Of a stretch of 64,000 nucleotides of DNA, positions 1 to 9,611 are shown piece by piece. The position numbers and the translations under genes were made by a program. The stretch lies in assembly GCA_963790475.1 (NCBI GenBank), contig CAWBOS010000010.1, forward strand, positions 1,632,001 through 1,696,000, read 5' to 3'. The stretch is from an uncultured delta proteobacterium. Lineage in GTDB: Bacteria; Desulfobacterota; RBG-13-43-22. The notes under the pieces are model-generated. The model made no database searches. It was not told the DNA's origin and saw only the letters and a program-made list of their open reading frames with translations. Within the stretch, counting starts at the first letter, position 1. Every line of letters starts with the position of its first letter.

Positions 1-1131
1 GTCAACTTCCCCTCTGTCTTACAGATGATGAGCGACAACCTGGAGTGGACCGAGATGCTGGGGGACGCCTTCCTGGCCGGGGAAGACCAGGTGATAGACA
101 CGATCCAGAGGCTCAGGCAGAAGGCCCAGTCCCAAGGCTACCTCAGGAGCACTAATGAGCTAGTGGTGGATTCTGATCCTCAGACCCGGGAGATCATCAT
201 CGAGCCGTACGACCCGGAGGTGGTCTACGTTCCGGTCTATGACCCGATGGTCGTTTACGGCCCATGGTGGTGGCCGGCTTATCCGCCTTTTCATTACTAC
301 CCGCGAGGGAGAATCACCCCCGGTCGGTTCATCGGATTCGGCTCTGGGGTGCGGATTGGTGTGGCCTGGGGTTATGCCTGGGGCGGCTGTGACTGGCACA
401 ATCACCGGGTGATGATCAACATCACCAGAAACATACGCCTTAATAATCGCATCGACCGCAACCGGTATACGCCTCACTTCAACGTTGATAGAGGCGGCCG
501 AGGGGTCTGGGTGCATGATCCTGATCACCGTCGGGGGGTGGCCTACCGGACTCCGGCCATCGCCCGGCAGTTCGGAAGGGGGCCTCTGCCCGGTTCGGAC
601 ACCCGTCGCGGCTTCAGAGGGTATGATCGTCCAGTTCCTGGAGGAGTTATCCCCCGGGGAGTTAGCCGTCCAAGCACCGAGCAACCCCAGGGATTCCCCA
701 GACCCTCCGCGCTTGAACCGGCCAGACCGATCACACCTGTTCCACAACCAAGGGTAACTACCAGTCCAACACCGAGGGTAACCCCTATTCCACAACCAAG
801 GGAAACCCCCAGTCAACGGATTGGTAGACCTGAGCTACGAAGACAACCCCCTCCCCCTGTTCAACAGCCGCAGCCTGCTCCGCGTCCGGTTCTCACGCGT
901 CCGGAGGGTTTCAGACCGCCTCCCGCCCAGATACATCGTGAAGTTCAAGGGCTTCAAGGGCCTACGGTCTTTGGCGGTTCCGGTCCCGGCGGTCAGACGC
1001 GGGAGGATAGCCATCGAGGGCATGAAAGCCTCTCCGGGACAAGGCCCGAGCGCCAAGGGCCCGAAGGTGGCAGACCCGAAAGAGGAGGCGGGCATCCAGG
1101 TGGTGAAAATCCAAGAGGGCGCGGCAAATGA
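1..1131 (+). CDS. DUF3300-domain protein (5'-partial), Pro/Arg/Gly-rich low-complexity tail
   Basis: Frame is open from base 1. WT..LGDAFL..V.D.IQRLR and IIIEP.DP.VVYVP.YDP.VVYG.W motifs. Adjacent to a DUF2950 gene as usual. Confidence 0.85.
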   Translation, partial: VNFPSVLQMMSDNLEWTEMLGDAFLAGEDQVIDTIQRLRQKAQSQGYLRSTNELVVDSDPQTREIIIEPYDPEVVYVPVYDPMVVYGPWWWPAYPPFHYYPRGRITPGRFIGFGSGVRIGVAWGYAWGGCDWHNHRVMINITRNIRLNNRIDRNRYTPHFNVDRGGRGVWVHDPDHRRGVAYRTPAIARQFGRGPLPGSDTRRGFRGYDRPVPGGVIPRGVSRPSTEQPQGFPRPSALEPARPITPVPQPRVTTSPTPRVTPIPQPRETPSQRIGRPELRRQPPPPVQQPQPAPRPVLTRPEGFRPPPAQIHREVQGLQGPTVFGGSGPGGQTREDSHRGHESLSGTRPERQGPEGGRPERGGGHPGGENPRGRGK

Positions 1132-1172
1132 GATTTGACCAAAGGCCCCAAATGCCTAGGGAGGATATAGTG

Positions 1173-2165
1173 ATGTGTCGATCCAAAGAGACTGCAGAAA
1201 AAGGTTGGTTCAAAAACAAGGGAATAACTGTGGCCGCCATCGTTCTTACCGTTGCCTTTATAGGCGGCAACGTCTATGCCAGGACCCCCAGGAACCAGAA
1301 AGGCTATTCTTCTCCGCAAGAGGCCGTCAAGGCCATGGTGGATGCGGTCAGGACCGATGATACCCGATCCCTCCTGAGGATATTAGGACCCGGAAGCAAG
1401 GCCCTTATTCTATCCGGGGATCCGGTGCAGGATGAGGCAGGAAGGGAACGGTTCATCAAACGTTTCCAGGAGAAAAACAGGCTGGAAGAGGTCTCCGGAA
1501 AGGCCACGCTTCTCCTGGGAAAAGATGACTGGCCTTTTTCCATCCCTATCGTCAAAACCGAAACAGGATGGAAGTTTGATACCCGGGCAGGCAGACAGGA
1601 GATACTGGCCCGTAGGGTCGGGCGCAATGAATTGAATGCCATTCAGGTTTGCCTGGCTTATGTGGATGCTCAGAAGGAATATGCCCTGCGGCAGGGCCGC
1701 CAGGGAAAGGGCCTTCTTGAATACGCCCAGGAGTTCATCAGTACGCCGGGCAAACAGGATGGCCTTTATTGGGAGGCCGGCGAAGGCCAGGAGCAAAGCC
1801 CCATGGGGCCCCTTTTTGCCGCTGCCCGGGATGAGGGCTACAGCGGGAAACTCATGGCCGACACCCCGATGCCTTACCACGGATATCTCTACCGAATTCT
1901 CAAAGCTCAGGGTCAAAAGGCTCCGGGCGGCGCCCGTGATTATGTGGTCGAGGGCAAGATGATTGGTGGTTTCGCTCTTATCGCCTACCCGGCGCGATAT
2001 GGCTCTTCGGGAGTCGTGACCTTCATGGTCAATCAGGATGGAGCCGTATTTCAAAAGGACCTGGGTAAGAACAGCAGAACGATCATACAAACCATAACGG
2101 TCTTTGATCCTGATGAGACTTGGGTGCGTGTAACCCCCAAGTATAATAAGGACACACAAAAATAA
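1173..2165 (+). CDS. DUF2950 family exported protein
   Basis: Signal-like N-terminus. WPF.IPIVK, RR.GRNEL.AI, PYHGY.YRIL and GGFAL.A.PA.YG.SGV.TF.V motifs. RBS GGAGG before ATG 1173. Confidence 0.85.
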   Translation: MCRSKETAEKGWFKNKGITVAAIVLTVAFIGGNVYARTPRNQKGYSSPQEAVKAMVDAVRTDDTRSLLRILGPGSKALILSGDPVQDEAGRERFIKRFQEKNRLEEVSGKATLLLGKDDWPFSIPIVKTETGWKFDTRAGRQEILARRVGRNELNAIQVCLAYVDAQKEYALRQGRQGKGLLEYAQEFISTPGKQDGLYWEAGEGQEQSPMGPLFAAARDEGYSGKLMADTPMPYHGYLYRILKAQGQKAPGGARDYVVEGKMIGGFALIAYPARYGSSGVVTFMVNQDGAVFQKDLGKNSRTIIQTITVFDPDETWVRVTPKYNKDTQK

Positions 2166-2435
2166 CTCGGAAGAGCTGCAAAAAATAATGACAATCTGAA
2201 AAATTGTTCGGACCGAAACTTTAAGAAGTTTAATTTCGGGATAACATTATTACTGATAATCTCGTAATATGTCGTCATGCCGGTGAAAACCGGTCCCGCC
2301 TATAATTGTGCCATATGGCATTGAATGGTAAAATGATGATCATGATTGGTAAAGGAGTTAAGTCTACCCAGGCGAAGAAATCCAAGCCACGGGTTAGACC
2401 GAAATCCGTTTTTCAACCTCAAGGGGAGGACCGGC

Positions 2436-3257
2436 ATGATCAACAACTCAGCACTCCAAAAATGGGATCGACTGGCCCAGAAACAATTGGATCGACAGTT
2501 CATGAATGAAATCATCCAAGGTCTGCAATGCTCGCCTTTCGAAGCCGGTGCCATCCTGGACACCGTCTACAAAGTGTATCGACCTTATTTTGAAACCAGT
2601 GGCACGCTTAAGCCAGGGCAATTACTCTTTCAGGTAATTGCGGTGGAAGCGTCCCCGAATAAACCTTTAGCTCAGGGCCGACAAGTGACCGTAACGCTGA
2701 CTCTCGATTCCGGTCCGGAGGACCTGAAGATCCGAAAGCAAAAAGGGATCATCGGACTCAGGCAGCACCGACTCCAGCGGGTTTGTCACGAAGCCTTCCA
2801 ACAAGGAGGCTTGTTGACCCTGGAGGACTTGGCCAATCGGTTGTTCAATTGTGGCGAAAGAACCCTGTCTCGAGATCTACAGGCCCTCCAAGAAAAAAAG
2901 GTTCTCTTGCCCCTTCGTTCCACGATTAAAGATATGGGCCGTTCCATTTCCCATCGTAACCTAATCGTCCAGGAATGGCTCCAAGGAAAAGAATATACCG
3001 AAATCGCTCAGACCACCCATCATAGTATTCCTGCCATAAAAAACTATATCGACAAATTCAAACGGGTCATCGCTTTAACCGAGGAAGGATTTGACCGCCA
3101 TACCATCGCCTTCCTGGTCAAACTTTCGGCTCAACTGGTTGAAGTCTATTATCAGCTTTATCAAACTCTTACGATCGTTCCTCATCGGAAAGAAGAATTG
3201 CGCCTTTTTCTAAAAAAAAAGAGCCCCTTCCCGACGCCGCCCAGGAGGATCCGATGA
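2436..3257 (+). CDS. DUF1670-domain protein A
   Basis: EAFQQGGLLTLEDLA...P.R..IKDMGRSISHR...HSIPAIKNY. RBS GGAGG before ATG 2436. Confidence 0.8.
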   Translation: MINNSALQKWDRLAQKQLDRQFMNEIIQGLQCSPFEAGAILDTVYKVYRPYFETSGTLKPGQLLFQVIAVEASPNKPLAQGRQVTVTLTLDSGPEDLKIRKQKGIIGLRQHRLQRVCHEAFQQGGLLTLEDLANRLFNCGERTLSRDLQALQEKKVLLPLRSTIKDMGRSISHRNLIVQEWLQGKEYTEIAQTTHHSIPAIKNYIDKFKRVIALTEEGFDRHTIAFLVKLSAQLVEVYYQLYQTLTIVPHRKEELRLFLKKKSPFPTPPRRIR

Positions 3258-4003
3258 TTAAAGCGCCGGACAGTCAAAAACGATATAACGCCGCCAGAGA
3301 TCGCTTCCTCCAGGCGGGAATGATCAACTTTTTCGCCCGTGAATTCCCCAAACTCTTTGGCCCAGTGATGCGGCAAAAACTGGCCGAAGAAATTGTTGGT
3401 CTTTTTGAAAGCCTATCCCCGGAAGTCAAGCGACTGAAACCGGGGCAAATCCTTTGGAATGCCCTGGACCAGAAAACACGGGGCGATTCACCCCGCCGCA
3501 GATATGTTCCGGTCGTGTTATCCATCATTACCCCGGAGGATGTAGAACGACTGGCTCAAGGCCAGCCCCTGTCCCAGATCGCTGAAAAGGCCATCGCCCG
3601 CATAATCTTGGAAGCTCATGACCAAGGCGGCATCCTTTCCATGCGCGATATCGGCTTGCTCCTCTTAAAACATCCATCCCAGGTCTCTCGGTTAAGAAAA
3701 AATTATGAGAAAGATCAGGGCTGCACTCTGCCGCATACCGGTGCCTTACATGACATGGGATCTTGTCTGTCCCATAAAACCACCATTCTGCAGAAGGTAC
3801 TTGTCGAAAAAAAAGATCCGGCCGATGTCGCCAGAGAATGTCGTCATACTCAGCAAGCGGTCGACCGATACCTTAAAGACTATCATCGTGTTAAAACGGT
3901 TTATGACCAAAACCAAGACCTAAATTATATCCATATCGTAACCGGATTAGCCAAACATGTGGTTAAACAGTACATTAACATCGTCAATCATGAAAACTTT
4001 TAA
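3254..4003 (+). CDS. DUF1670-domain protein B
   Basis: EAHDQGGILSMRDIG...HDMGSCLSHK...HTQQAVDRY, paralogous to the upstream ORF. ATGA overlap, AGGAGG RBS. Confidence 0.8.
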   Translation: MIKAPDSQKRYNAARDRFLQAGMINFFAREFPKLFGPVMRQKLAEEIVGLFESLSPEVKRLKPGQILWNALDQKTRGDSPRRRYVPVVLSIITPEDVERLAQGQPLSQIAEKAIARIILEAHDQGGILSMRDIGLLLLKHPSQVSRLRKNYEKDQGCTLPHTGALHDMGSCLSHKTTILQKVLVEKKDPADVARECRHTQQAVDRYLKDYHRVKTVYDQNQDLNYIHIVTGLAKHVVKQYINIVNHENF

Positions 4004-4398
4004 CTTGACCCGCCATTTGGCGATAACTTTGGCGGGATGGATTCCGACTTTCGTCAGAATGACAAAAATATGCTTTCCGTTATTTTTTCGAGATCATTTT
4101 TGATCGATTCCGATATTTTAAGGATTACAATTCCATATATTTTACTGCCGTAGTAGTATTTAACCCCTTCCTGTTTTTACCGCTCCTCCCCATATTCTTT
4201 TTTTTCAAATTTAGACCGATAGTAATGCTAATAAATCAGCACTGTAGATTGATAGGCTTTAAAGAATAAGCTTAAAAATCTATTGGTGATAAAAATTGAA
4301 ATTTGTATTACTATATAAATTGCTTCTTTAATTGATCCGATCATAAGGCGATTTAGTCGTTATCCGACCCTGAAACAAAAAAGGAAGGGAAAGAAGAG

Positions 4399-5511
4399 AT
4401 GAATTCTATTACCTGGTCGCCAGGTCTGATAAGTAATTTAGTCGAGATTCTTAAGACGGGAATTCTCTTAACAGACAATCACGGGTGGATCCGCTTTACT
4501 AACCATTTGGCAAATGGTCTATTGGGTTATCCCCAAGATTATTTGAACGGTAAATCGATCGAGACCCTTTTTTTGCCTGAAGATACCCGGGTTTTCCTAC
4601 CCAATATCTTGAGATTGACCCGGGACAACACCGGCTTTGATGGGGAGGTCCTTTTAAGGAAGAAGGATGGAAATTCCATTTTTGTTAACTGTTCCACGGC
4701 CCTTTATAAGGATAATTCCACAGGCCATGAGTTAATCATATTCGCTCTGCAAGATATCACCCCTTTTAAAAAAATGGAAAAGAAACAAATCGAATCGGAG
4801 AGATTTGTCGGGCTAGGAATGATGACCGATCAAATTTCCCACCAGATTCGAAATCCTATTACTGCCATAGGGGGATTCGCTTTACGTTTGGCCAGGGATC
4901 AGATATCGCCTGAGGAGTATGCTGATTACACCAAAATTATTCACAATGAAGCCAAACGATTGGAGCACATCATCGATCGATTGGTGGAATTTGCCAACGT
5001 TCACTCCGACCGTTTTTTTGCTTTAACACTTGCTGAGGTTTTTGACGAGGTAAGGAAGGCCTCCCAGCTTGAACTGGAAAATAATTCGGTTAGAATTAAA
5101 TTCCCTGATTCAGCGACTTTACCGGTTAAACCCCTTTATGTTGATCTAGGCCTTATCGAGCAAGCCTTGCGGTGCATTGTTCAAAATGGTTTGGAGGCCA
5201 GCCCCAATGAGGGTGAGGTAACGGTAACCGGTGATATTATCGAGAATCACGTACTGATCGGGGTTAAGGATCATGGAGAAGGGATCGAGCCTGAACACCT
5301 TCCTTTCATCTTCGACCCCTTTTTTACTACGAAATTTAACCGCCTGGGCCTGGGGCTCACCATGGCTCAGCGAATTGTTCAGGTTCATAAAGGTCATATT
5401 GATGTTGATAGTGTCCCTAAGGAAGGAACCAAAATCAGCATAATTCTTCCCCTTGATCGTCGACGGGAGATTAGAACCAGGCTTTTCCAGAAAAAACCTT
5501 TGGCTATTTAA
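4399..5511 (+). CDS. PAS-domain sensor histidine kinase
   Basis: PAS/PAC N-terminus, H-box SHQIRNP, DHGEGI, F.PFFTTK and GLGL boxes. Confidence 0.92.
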   Translation: MNSITWSPGLISNLVEILKTGILLTDNHGWIRFTNHLANGLLGYPQDYLNGKSIETLFLPEDTRVFLPNILRLTRDNTGFDGEVLLRKKDGNSIFVNCSTALYKDNSTGHELIIFALQDITPFKKMEKKQIESERFVGLGMMTDQISHQIRNPITAIGGFALRLARDQISPEEYADYTKIIHNEAKRLEHIIDRLVEFANVHSDRFFALTLAEVFDEVRKASQLELENNSVRIKFPDSATLPVKPLYVDLGLIEQALRCIVQNGLEASPNEGEVTVTGDIIENHVLIGVKDHGEGIEPEHLPFIFDPFFTTKFNRLGLGLTMAQRIVQVHKGHIDVDSVPKEGTKISIILPLDRRREIRTRLFQKKPLAI

Positions 5512-5825
5512 GATGTCCGCAAGATCCCCCCGGATGATGCTGTGCATTAAAATACCCCTGGAGATCAATCTTGAGTCAGTTAACAACATTAGGGTAAAGG
5601 GGCAGGCCGACTCGGGGTGACATTGAAGCCTCTGCATTGGAGAGGAAATGAAGGGGTTGGATTGTCTTCCCTTGCCTTTTAGGCAACTTGCGATGGGAAG
5701 AAGCGGGAGGCAAGATAATGTTGCCATAAAAGAGAATATGAAAACAACTTCTACTAAGATATTGACGCCAAGAGTGTATCGAGGAATGTCTCCTGAATCT
5801 TTAATGAAAAATAGAATGAGGGGTT

Positions 5826-6947
5826 ATGTTTAATCTTATAAAAGTCAGAGAACAATTTGGAAAAGAGTGTACCGGCTGCGGTCTTTGTTTGGAAAAGTGT
5901 CCCATAATCTCCAAGACGGAGCTTAAGGGTGTTGATCCCCAAAAGATTATGGGTGAGGTACTCGATCTCTTCGTAAATAAGAAGGTCGGAGAACTGGCCA
6001 GAAAGAAAATTTATTCCTGCCTCTATTGTTATACCTGCACGGCATCCTGCCCCCAAGGCCTTACTCCGGCCCTTGGCTTTGCCGTCGCCAAGGCGATTCT
6101 CCAGGAAATCGGAGACCCCGTGCCCAAAGGCGTGTCCTCGATTCTAAAAGTTGCTGAGGAATTGATCGCCATGGCCTTGCCGTCTTATCAGGAACATCTC
6201 CGGGAGGAGGATTGGCTAATAACAGAAATAAATAAGAAACCGATACCGCCAATCAAAACCATTCTCTTCTCCAGTTGCTTCGGACTCATCCAAAGGGAGG
6301 TCTTGATTACTGCGGTTAAGATATTAAAGCGCATCGATCCCTCCCTCAAAGTCTTGGGAGGCTTTGATTACTGTTGCGGGGAACTCCAGCTTATTGCCGG
6401 CCGTCCCGAAGAAGCCGATAGACAATTTTCCAAACTGATGGAGGGGCTGAACACCCTTTCCCCGGAAAAAGTGGTGACTTTCTGTCCCACCTGTAACATG
6501 AATTTCGATCATCATAATCCGAAAACCACCTGGTCATGGACTTTTATTACCGACTTTATTGCCGAACACCTGGATGAGCTTGGACCCTTTAAGGAGATTG
6601 AAACCACCGTTACCATTCATGACCCCTGCCACTTTGTCCGTGGAGTAAAACCCGGCTCAGACTCCCCCAGAAAGATATTAAATGCCATACCGGGAATTAA
6701 GATCATCGAAATGGAAAACAGCCGGGAAGAAACCTGGTGTTGCGGAGGCTACGCTATCGGCGGATCGGGAAAGCCGAGGTTGGATTTCCGGGATGGCAGG
6801 CTTAAACAGGCCCAAGATACCGGTGCCGATATCTTGGGCCTTTATTGTCCCGGTTGTCTGATGGTCTTAGGACCGGAGGGACCTAAGCATAACTTAAAAA
6901 TTGACTCCCTGCTTACTCTCCTGGGTAAGTCCATAGGGATAAAATAA
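5826..6947 (+). CDS. Fe-S oxidoreductase, 4Fe-4S dicluster + two CCG domains (HdrD/GlpC-like)
   Basis: Two CxxCxxCxxxCP motifs, two CCG motifs, HDPCH, CPxC. Confidence 0.88.
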   Translation: MFNLIKVREQFGKECTGCGLCLEKCPIISKTELKGVDPQKIMGEVLDLFVNKKVGELARKKIYSCLYCYTCTASCPQGLTPALGFAVAKAILQEIGDPVPKGVSSILKVAEELIAMALPSYQEHLREEDWLITEINKKPIPPIKTILFSSCFGLIQREVLITAVKILKRIDPSLKVLGGFDYCCGELQLIAGRPEEADRQFSKLMEGLNTLSPEKVVTFCPTCNMNFDHHNPKTTWSWTFITDFIAEHLDELGPFKEIETTVTIHDPCHFVRGVKPGSDSPRKILNAIPGIKIIEMENSREETWCCGGYAIGGSGKPRLDFRDGRLKQAQDTGADILGLYCPGCLMVLGPEGPKHNLKIDSLLTLLGKSIGIK

Positions 6948-6979
6948 GAAAACCTTTTCAGTTTAAAATTGGAAACGAC

Positions 6980-7402
6980 CTATTTCTCCCCCCCGGCCAG
7001 TTTTATCATTTTGGCCGAATTCGGAGTAAGGGGCTTGCCGTCAGCCTTAACATTGTTGGCCTGAAGGGCAAAGGAGATGATATCCAGATATTCATTGTCC
7101 TTCAAGCTGCCAGGCTTGTTAGCCGGCATATTTTTCTTTGCGAATTCATAGGCTTGACCGGCCGTCTTCATCTTCGGCAGGTATCCCGGACCGGCTACCG
7201 GAGAAGTCTTGGTACCGGCTATTTTACCGAATTGCGCGGGAACCGTGCCACCCTCGCCATTGGCCCCATGGCAGATCGCACAATTTTTGCCATAAAGCGC
7301 CTTCCCATTTGAGGCCTGCTCGGTGGTGTAGGCAAAAGCCGGTGCCACCCCAAAAACCACAATCACTAAACACAGAATCAACCGCCAGCTCTTTTGCGAC
7401 AT
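6980..7402 (-). CDS. Monoheme c-type cytochrome
   Basis: Signal peptide, CAICH heme motif, MP axial ligand. Confidence 0.9.
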   Translation of the reverse strand: MSQKSWRLILCLVIVVFGVAPAFAYTTEQASNGKALYGKNCAICHGANGEGGTVPAQFGKIAGTKTSPVAGPGYLPKMKTAGQAYEFAKKNMPANKPGSLKDNEYLDIISFALQANNVKADGKPLTPNSAKMIKLAGGEK

Positions 7403-7515
7403 TTTTGTCCTCCTTCTTGGATTATTTTTGATAAACCTATCACAACGAGAAAAGAAATTAAATAATATGGATTTGGTATTTTTAGGAAAAAAAGGTTGTA
7501 GTTAAATAATTCCGA

Positions 7516-9441
7516 CTAAGCTAAACCCTTCCGAATATCCAGATCCGCGGCGATATCATCCAGTCCGAGTTGGTGAAGTTTTTCTTTGGTCTGCAACCCG
7601 GAACCCGGGTTCCAACCGCGCAATCGGTAATACTCGGTCTTCATGGACTCGAATTGTTCCCGGTCAACCACTGCCCCTTTTCTGCTGATCGTTTCGCCCC
7701 CCTTTCCGGGGGCCAAACATTCCGGATTCAGGAAAGTCTCTTTCAAGGGTATTGTGTAAAACATCTCATGGATACGGTCGGCCTGTCTCCCCATATGACC
7801 TTCCCGGGTCAGAATGGCTCTCTGCAAATTGAATATGCGCTCACCGGTTTGATTCAAACCCGCTTCATCCGTTTCCCTGCCGGTCACCGCCGAGTAGATC
7901 CGGCTCTCCAGCGCCGGATCGCCTTTGTGATCTTCCGAGCAAACCACATCGGTGATCGGCCAGGAAAAATCGCAGAGGATCAGGCTTTCCTTGGCATATT
8001 CCCGGTCTTGGACTAATTTGGCTGCCAGGGCTTTCCCGTTGTAGGTGGAAAAATCAGCCCCTTCTTCACTGCCCCAGAATGTCTTAGCTATCCAGCGGAC
8101 CAGATCGGTGGACATATAAGCCTCCGGATTACCCCCCAACCAACTCACCCATTTGAGGACAGGGCTCCTGACGGCATGAAGCTGCTGAATCGGCTGGCGT
8201 GGTTCGGTGGCATAAAATATTCCAGTGGTGATATACATTCGGGGACAATAGGCCGGACCGTGGTCGGCGATGGAAATCTGGTCGGCAATCAACTCCGGGG
8301 CCCCCTGCCCTATTATTTCAGCGGCCCGGGTTGTGCCCTGGGCCAGGATATCGCCGATGCCTTCCCGGAAAGAAATCTTTTTGGCCAGGGCTTCGATGAA
8401 TTCGAGGCTGCCGATTTGAGCCAGAGGCAGGCCGGTGTTTTCTTCAGTGAATATTCCTGCCCGGTGACCGCGAAAGAGCAAAGTGACGATCGAATCCATA
8501 ACCATGGTGTCAAACCCGTAGCTGTCGGCGATTCGGTTGGCAAAGAAAGGAACTTCAGTGCGTTCTCCAAAGAATTTCCAGGCTGCCTGGGCGTAGTACA
8601 TAGAAGACTGACACATGGTTTTACCCCGGGTGCCGTCTTTCGCTTGATAAATCAAACGACCGGTACAGGCCCCTATGCAACCAAAGCAGGCCTGCCTTCT
8701 CAATCCCGACCCTTCCGGCATGAGCTTTTCCAATGTTCCGGGTTTGAGTTTTTTCAGTTCTCTCACGTAGCCGACCAGTTCCCGCAACTTTTCCGGGTGG
8801 GCAGCTTTGATGCTTTGGTCCCCTTGAACCACGATGGCTTTCAGCTTTTTTGAGCCCATCACGGCACCAAACCCGCTGGAACCACTGGCATCGTTGTCTG
8901 CCAAAAGACCGGCAAAAGCGACTTGATTGTCTCCGGCCGGTCCGGTGGCCAGAACCCTCGTCTCCTGGCCCAAGGTCTCTTTAACGGCTTGGCGGACTTC
9001 CACCGCGCTTTTCAGCCACAGCCGGGAGGCATCCTTGATTTCAACTTTATCGTTGCGGATAGAGATATAAACCGGTTTGTCGGAAACCCCTTCCACAATT
9101 AATCCGTCATAACCGGCAAATTTTAAATGAGCCCCCCACTGGCCCCCCATGTTGGAATAACTGAAGGTGTGAGGATCGGCCGATGGAGACTTCGCACACA
9201 CCTGCCAGCGTGAACCTGATAAGCCCCCGAAACCGGCCAAAGGTCCGGTAACGAAGATCAGGCAGTTTTGAGGATGAAAGGCATCCACTTCCGGTGGCAC
9301 CAGGTCCCAATAGATTTTAGCGGCCAGACCTCGACCGCCGATAAAACGGTCCACGTATTGGGCCGTGGGAAGATGACTGATTTGTCCCGTGGATAAATTA
9401 ATCCTCAAGACCTTTCCGGCATAACCATATTCGTTTTCCAC
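7516..9441 (-). CDS. Aldehyde:ferredoxin oxidoreductase family (W-pterin)
   Basis: GGRGLA, AKSP, GPAG, G.GAVMGSKKLKAI, YY..RGW motifs. Confidence 0.92.
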   Translation of the reverse strand: MENEYGYAGKVLRINLSTGQISHLPTAQYVDRFIGGRGLAAKIYWDLVPPEVDAFHPQNCLIFVTGPLAGFGGLSGSRWQVCAKSPSADPHTFSYSNMGGQWGAHLKFAGYDGLIVEGVSDKPVYISIRNDKVEIKDASRLWLKSAVEVRQAVKETLGQETRVLATGPAGDNQVAFAGLLADNDASGSSGFGAVMGSKKLKAIVVQGDQSIKAAHPEKLRELVGYVRELKKLKPGTLEKLMPEGSGLRRQACFGCIGACTGRLIYQAKDGTRGKTMCQSSMYYAQAAWKFFGERTEVPFFANRIADSYGFDTMVMDSIVTLLFRGHRAGIFTEENTGLPLAQIGSLEFIEALAKKISFREGIGDILAQGTTRAAEIIGQGAPELIADQISIADHGPAYCPRMYITTGIFYATEPRQPIQQLHAVRSPVLKWVSWLGGNPEAYMSTDLVRWIAKTFWGSEEGADFSTYNGKALAAKLVQDREYAKESLILCDFSWPITDVVCSEDHKGDPALESRIYSAVTGRETDEAGLNQTGERIFNLQRAILTREGHMGRQADRIHEMFYTIPLKETFLNPECLAPGKGGETISRKGAVVDREQFESMKTEYYRLRGWNPGSGLQTKEKLHQLGLDDIAADLDIRKGLA

Positions 9442-9510
9442 AGAATAATCCTTTCAATTTACTATAGCGGACGATATAAATTTTTATCCGTAAAGGGCAC
9501 ACCCCTTGAC

Positions 9511-9578
9511 GTCATGCCGGACTTGATCCGGCATCCAGACAATTCAAAATCCTGGATTCCGGCTTTCGCCGGAATGAC
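9511..9578. repeat. REP-like palindromic repeat (GTCATnCCGG...CATCCAG...CTGGATTCCGGCTTTCGCCGGAATGAC)
   Basis: Two hairpins in inverted arrangement. Relatives at 24998, 42075 and 62645, and a split copy at 2274/4038. Confidence 0.85.
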
Positions 9579-9611
9579 AAGAATGGGCTCCAGCGACTTT
9601 TAATGAATCCG

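Larger units (their letters stand above)
2294..4037 (+). mobile_element. Putative novel insertion element encoding two DUF1670 proteins
   Basis: Imperfect 26-bp TIRs (2294-2319 and 4012-4037, 18/26 identical, outer 7 bp perfect). Flanked by the left (2274-2293) and right (4038-4063) arms of a REP-like palindrome. Confidence 0.75.

Noticed and set aside
730-810. Short direct repeats in the DUF3300 tail as a CRISPR-like array
   Set aside because: They are in-frame TP(V/I)PQPR peptide repeats, with no spacers or cas genes.
5520-5800. Possible riboswitch before the Fe-S oxidoreductase
   Set aside because: No conserved cobalamin or other aptamer motif could be identified.
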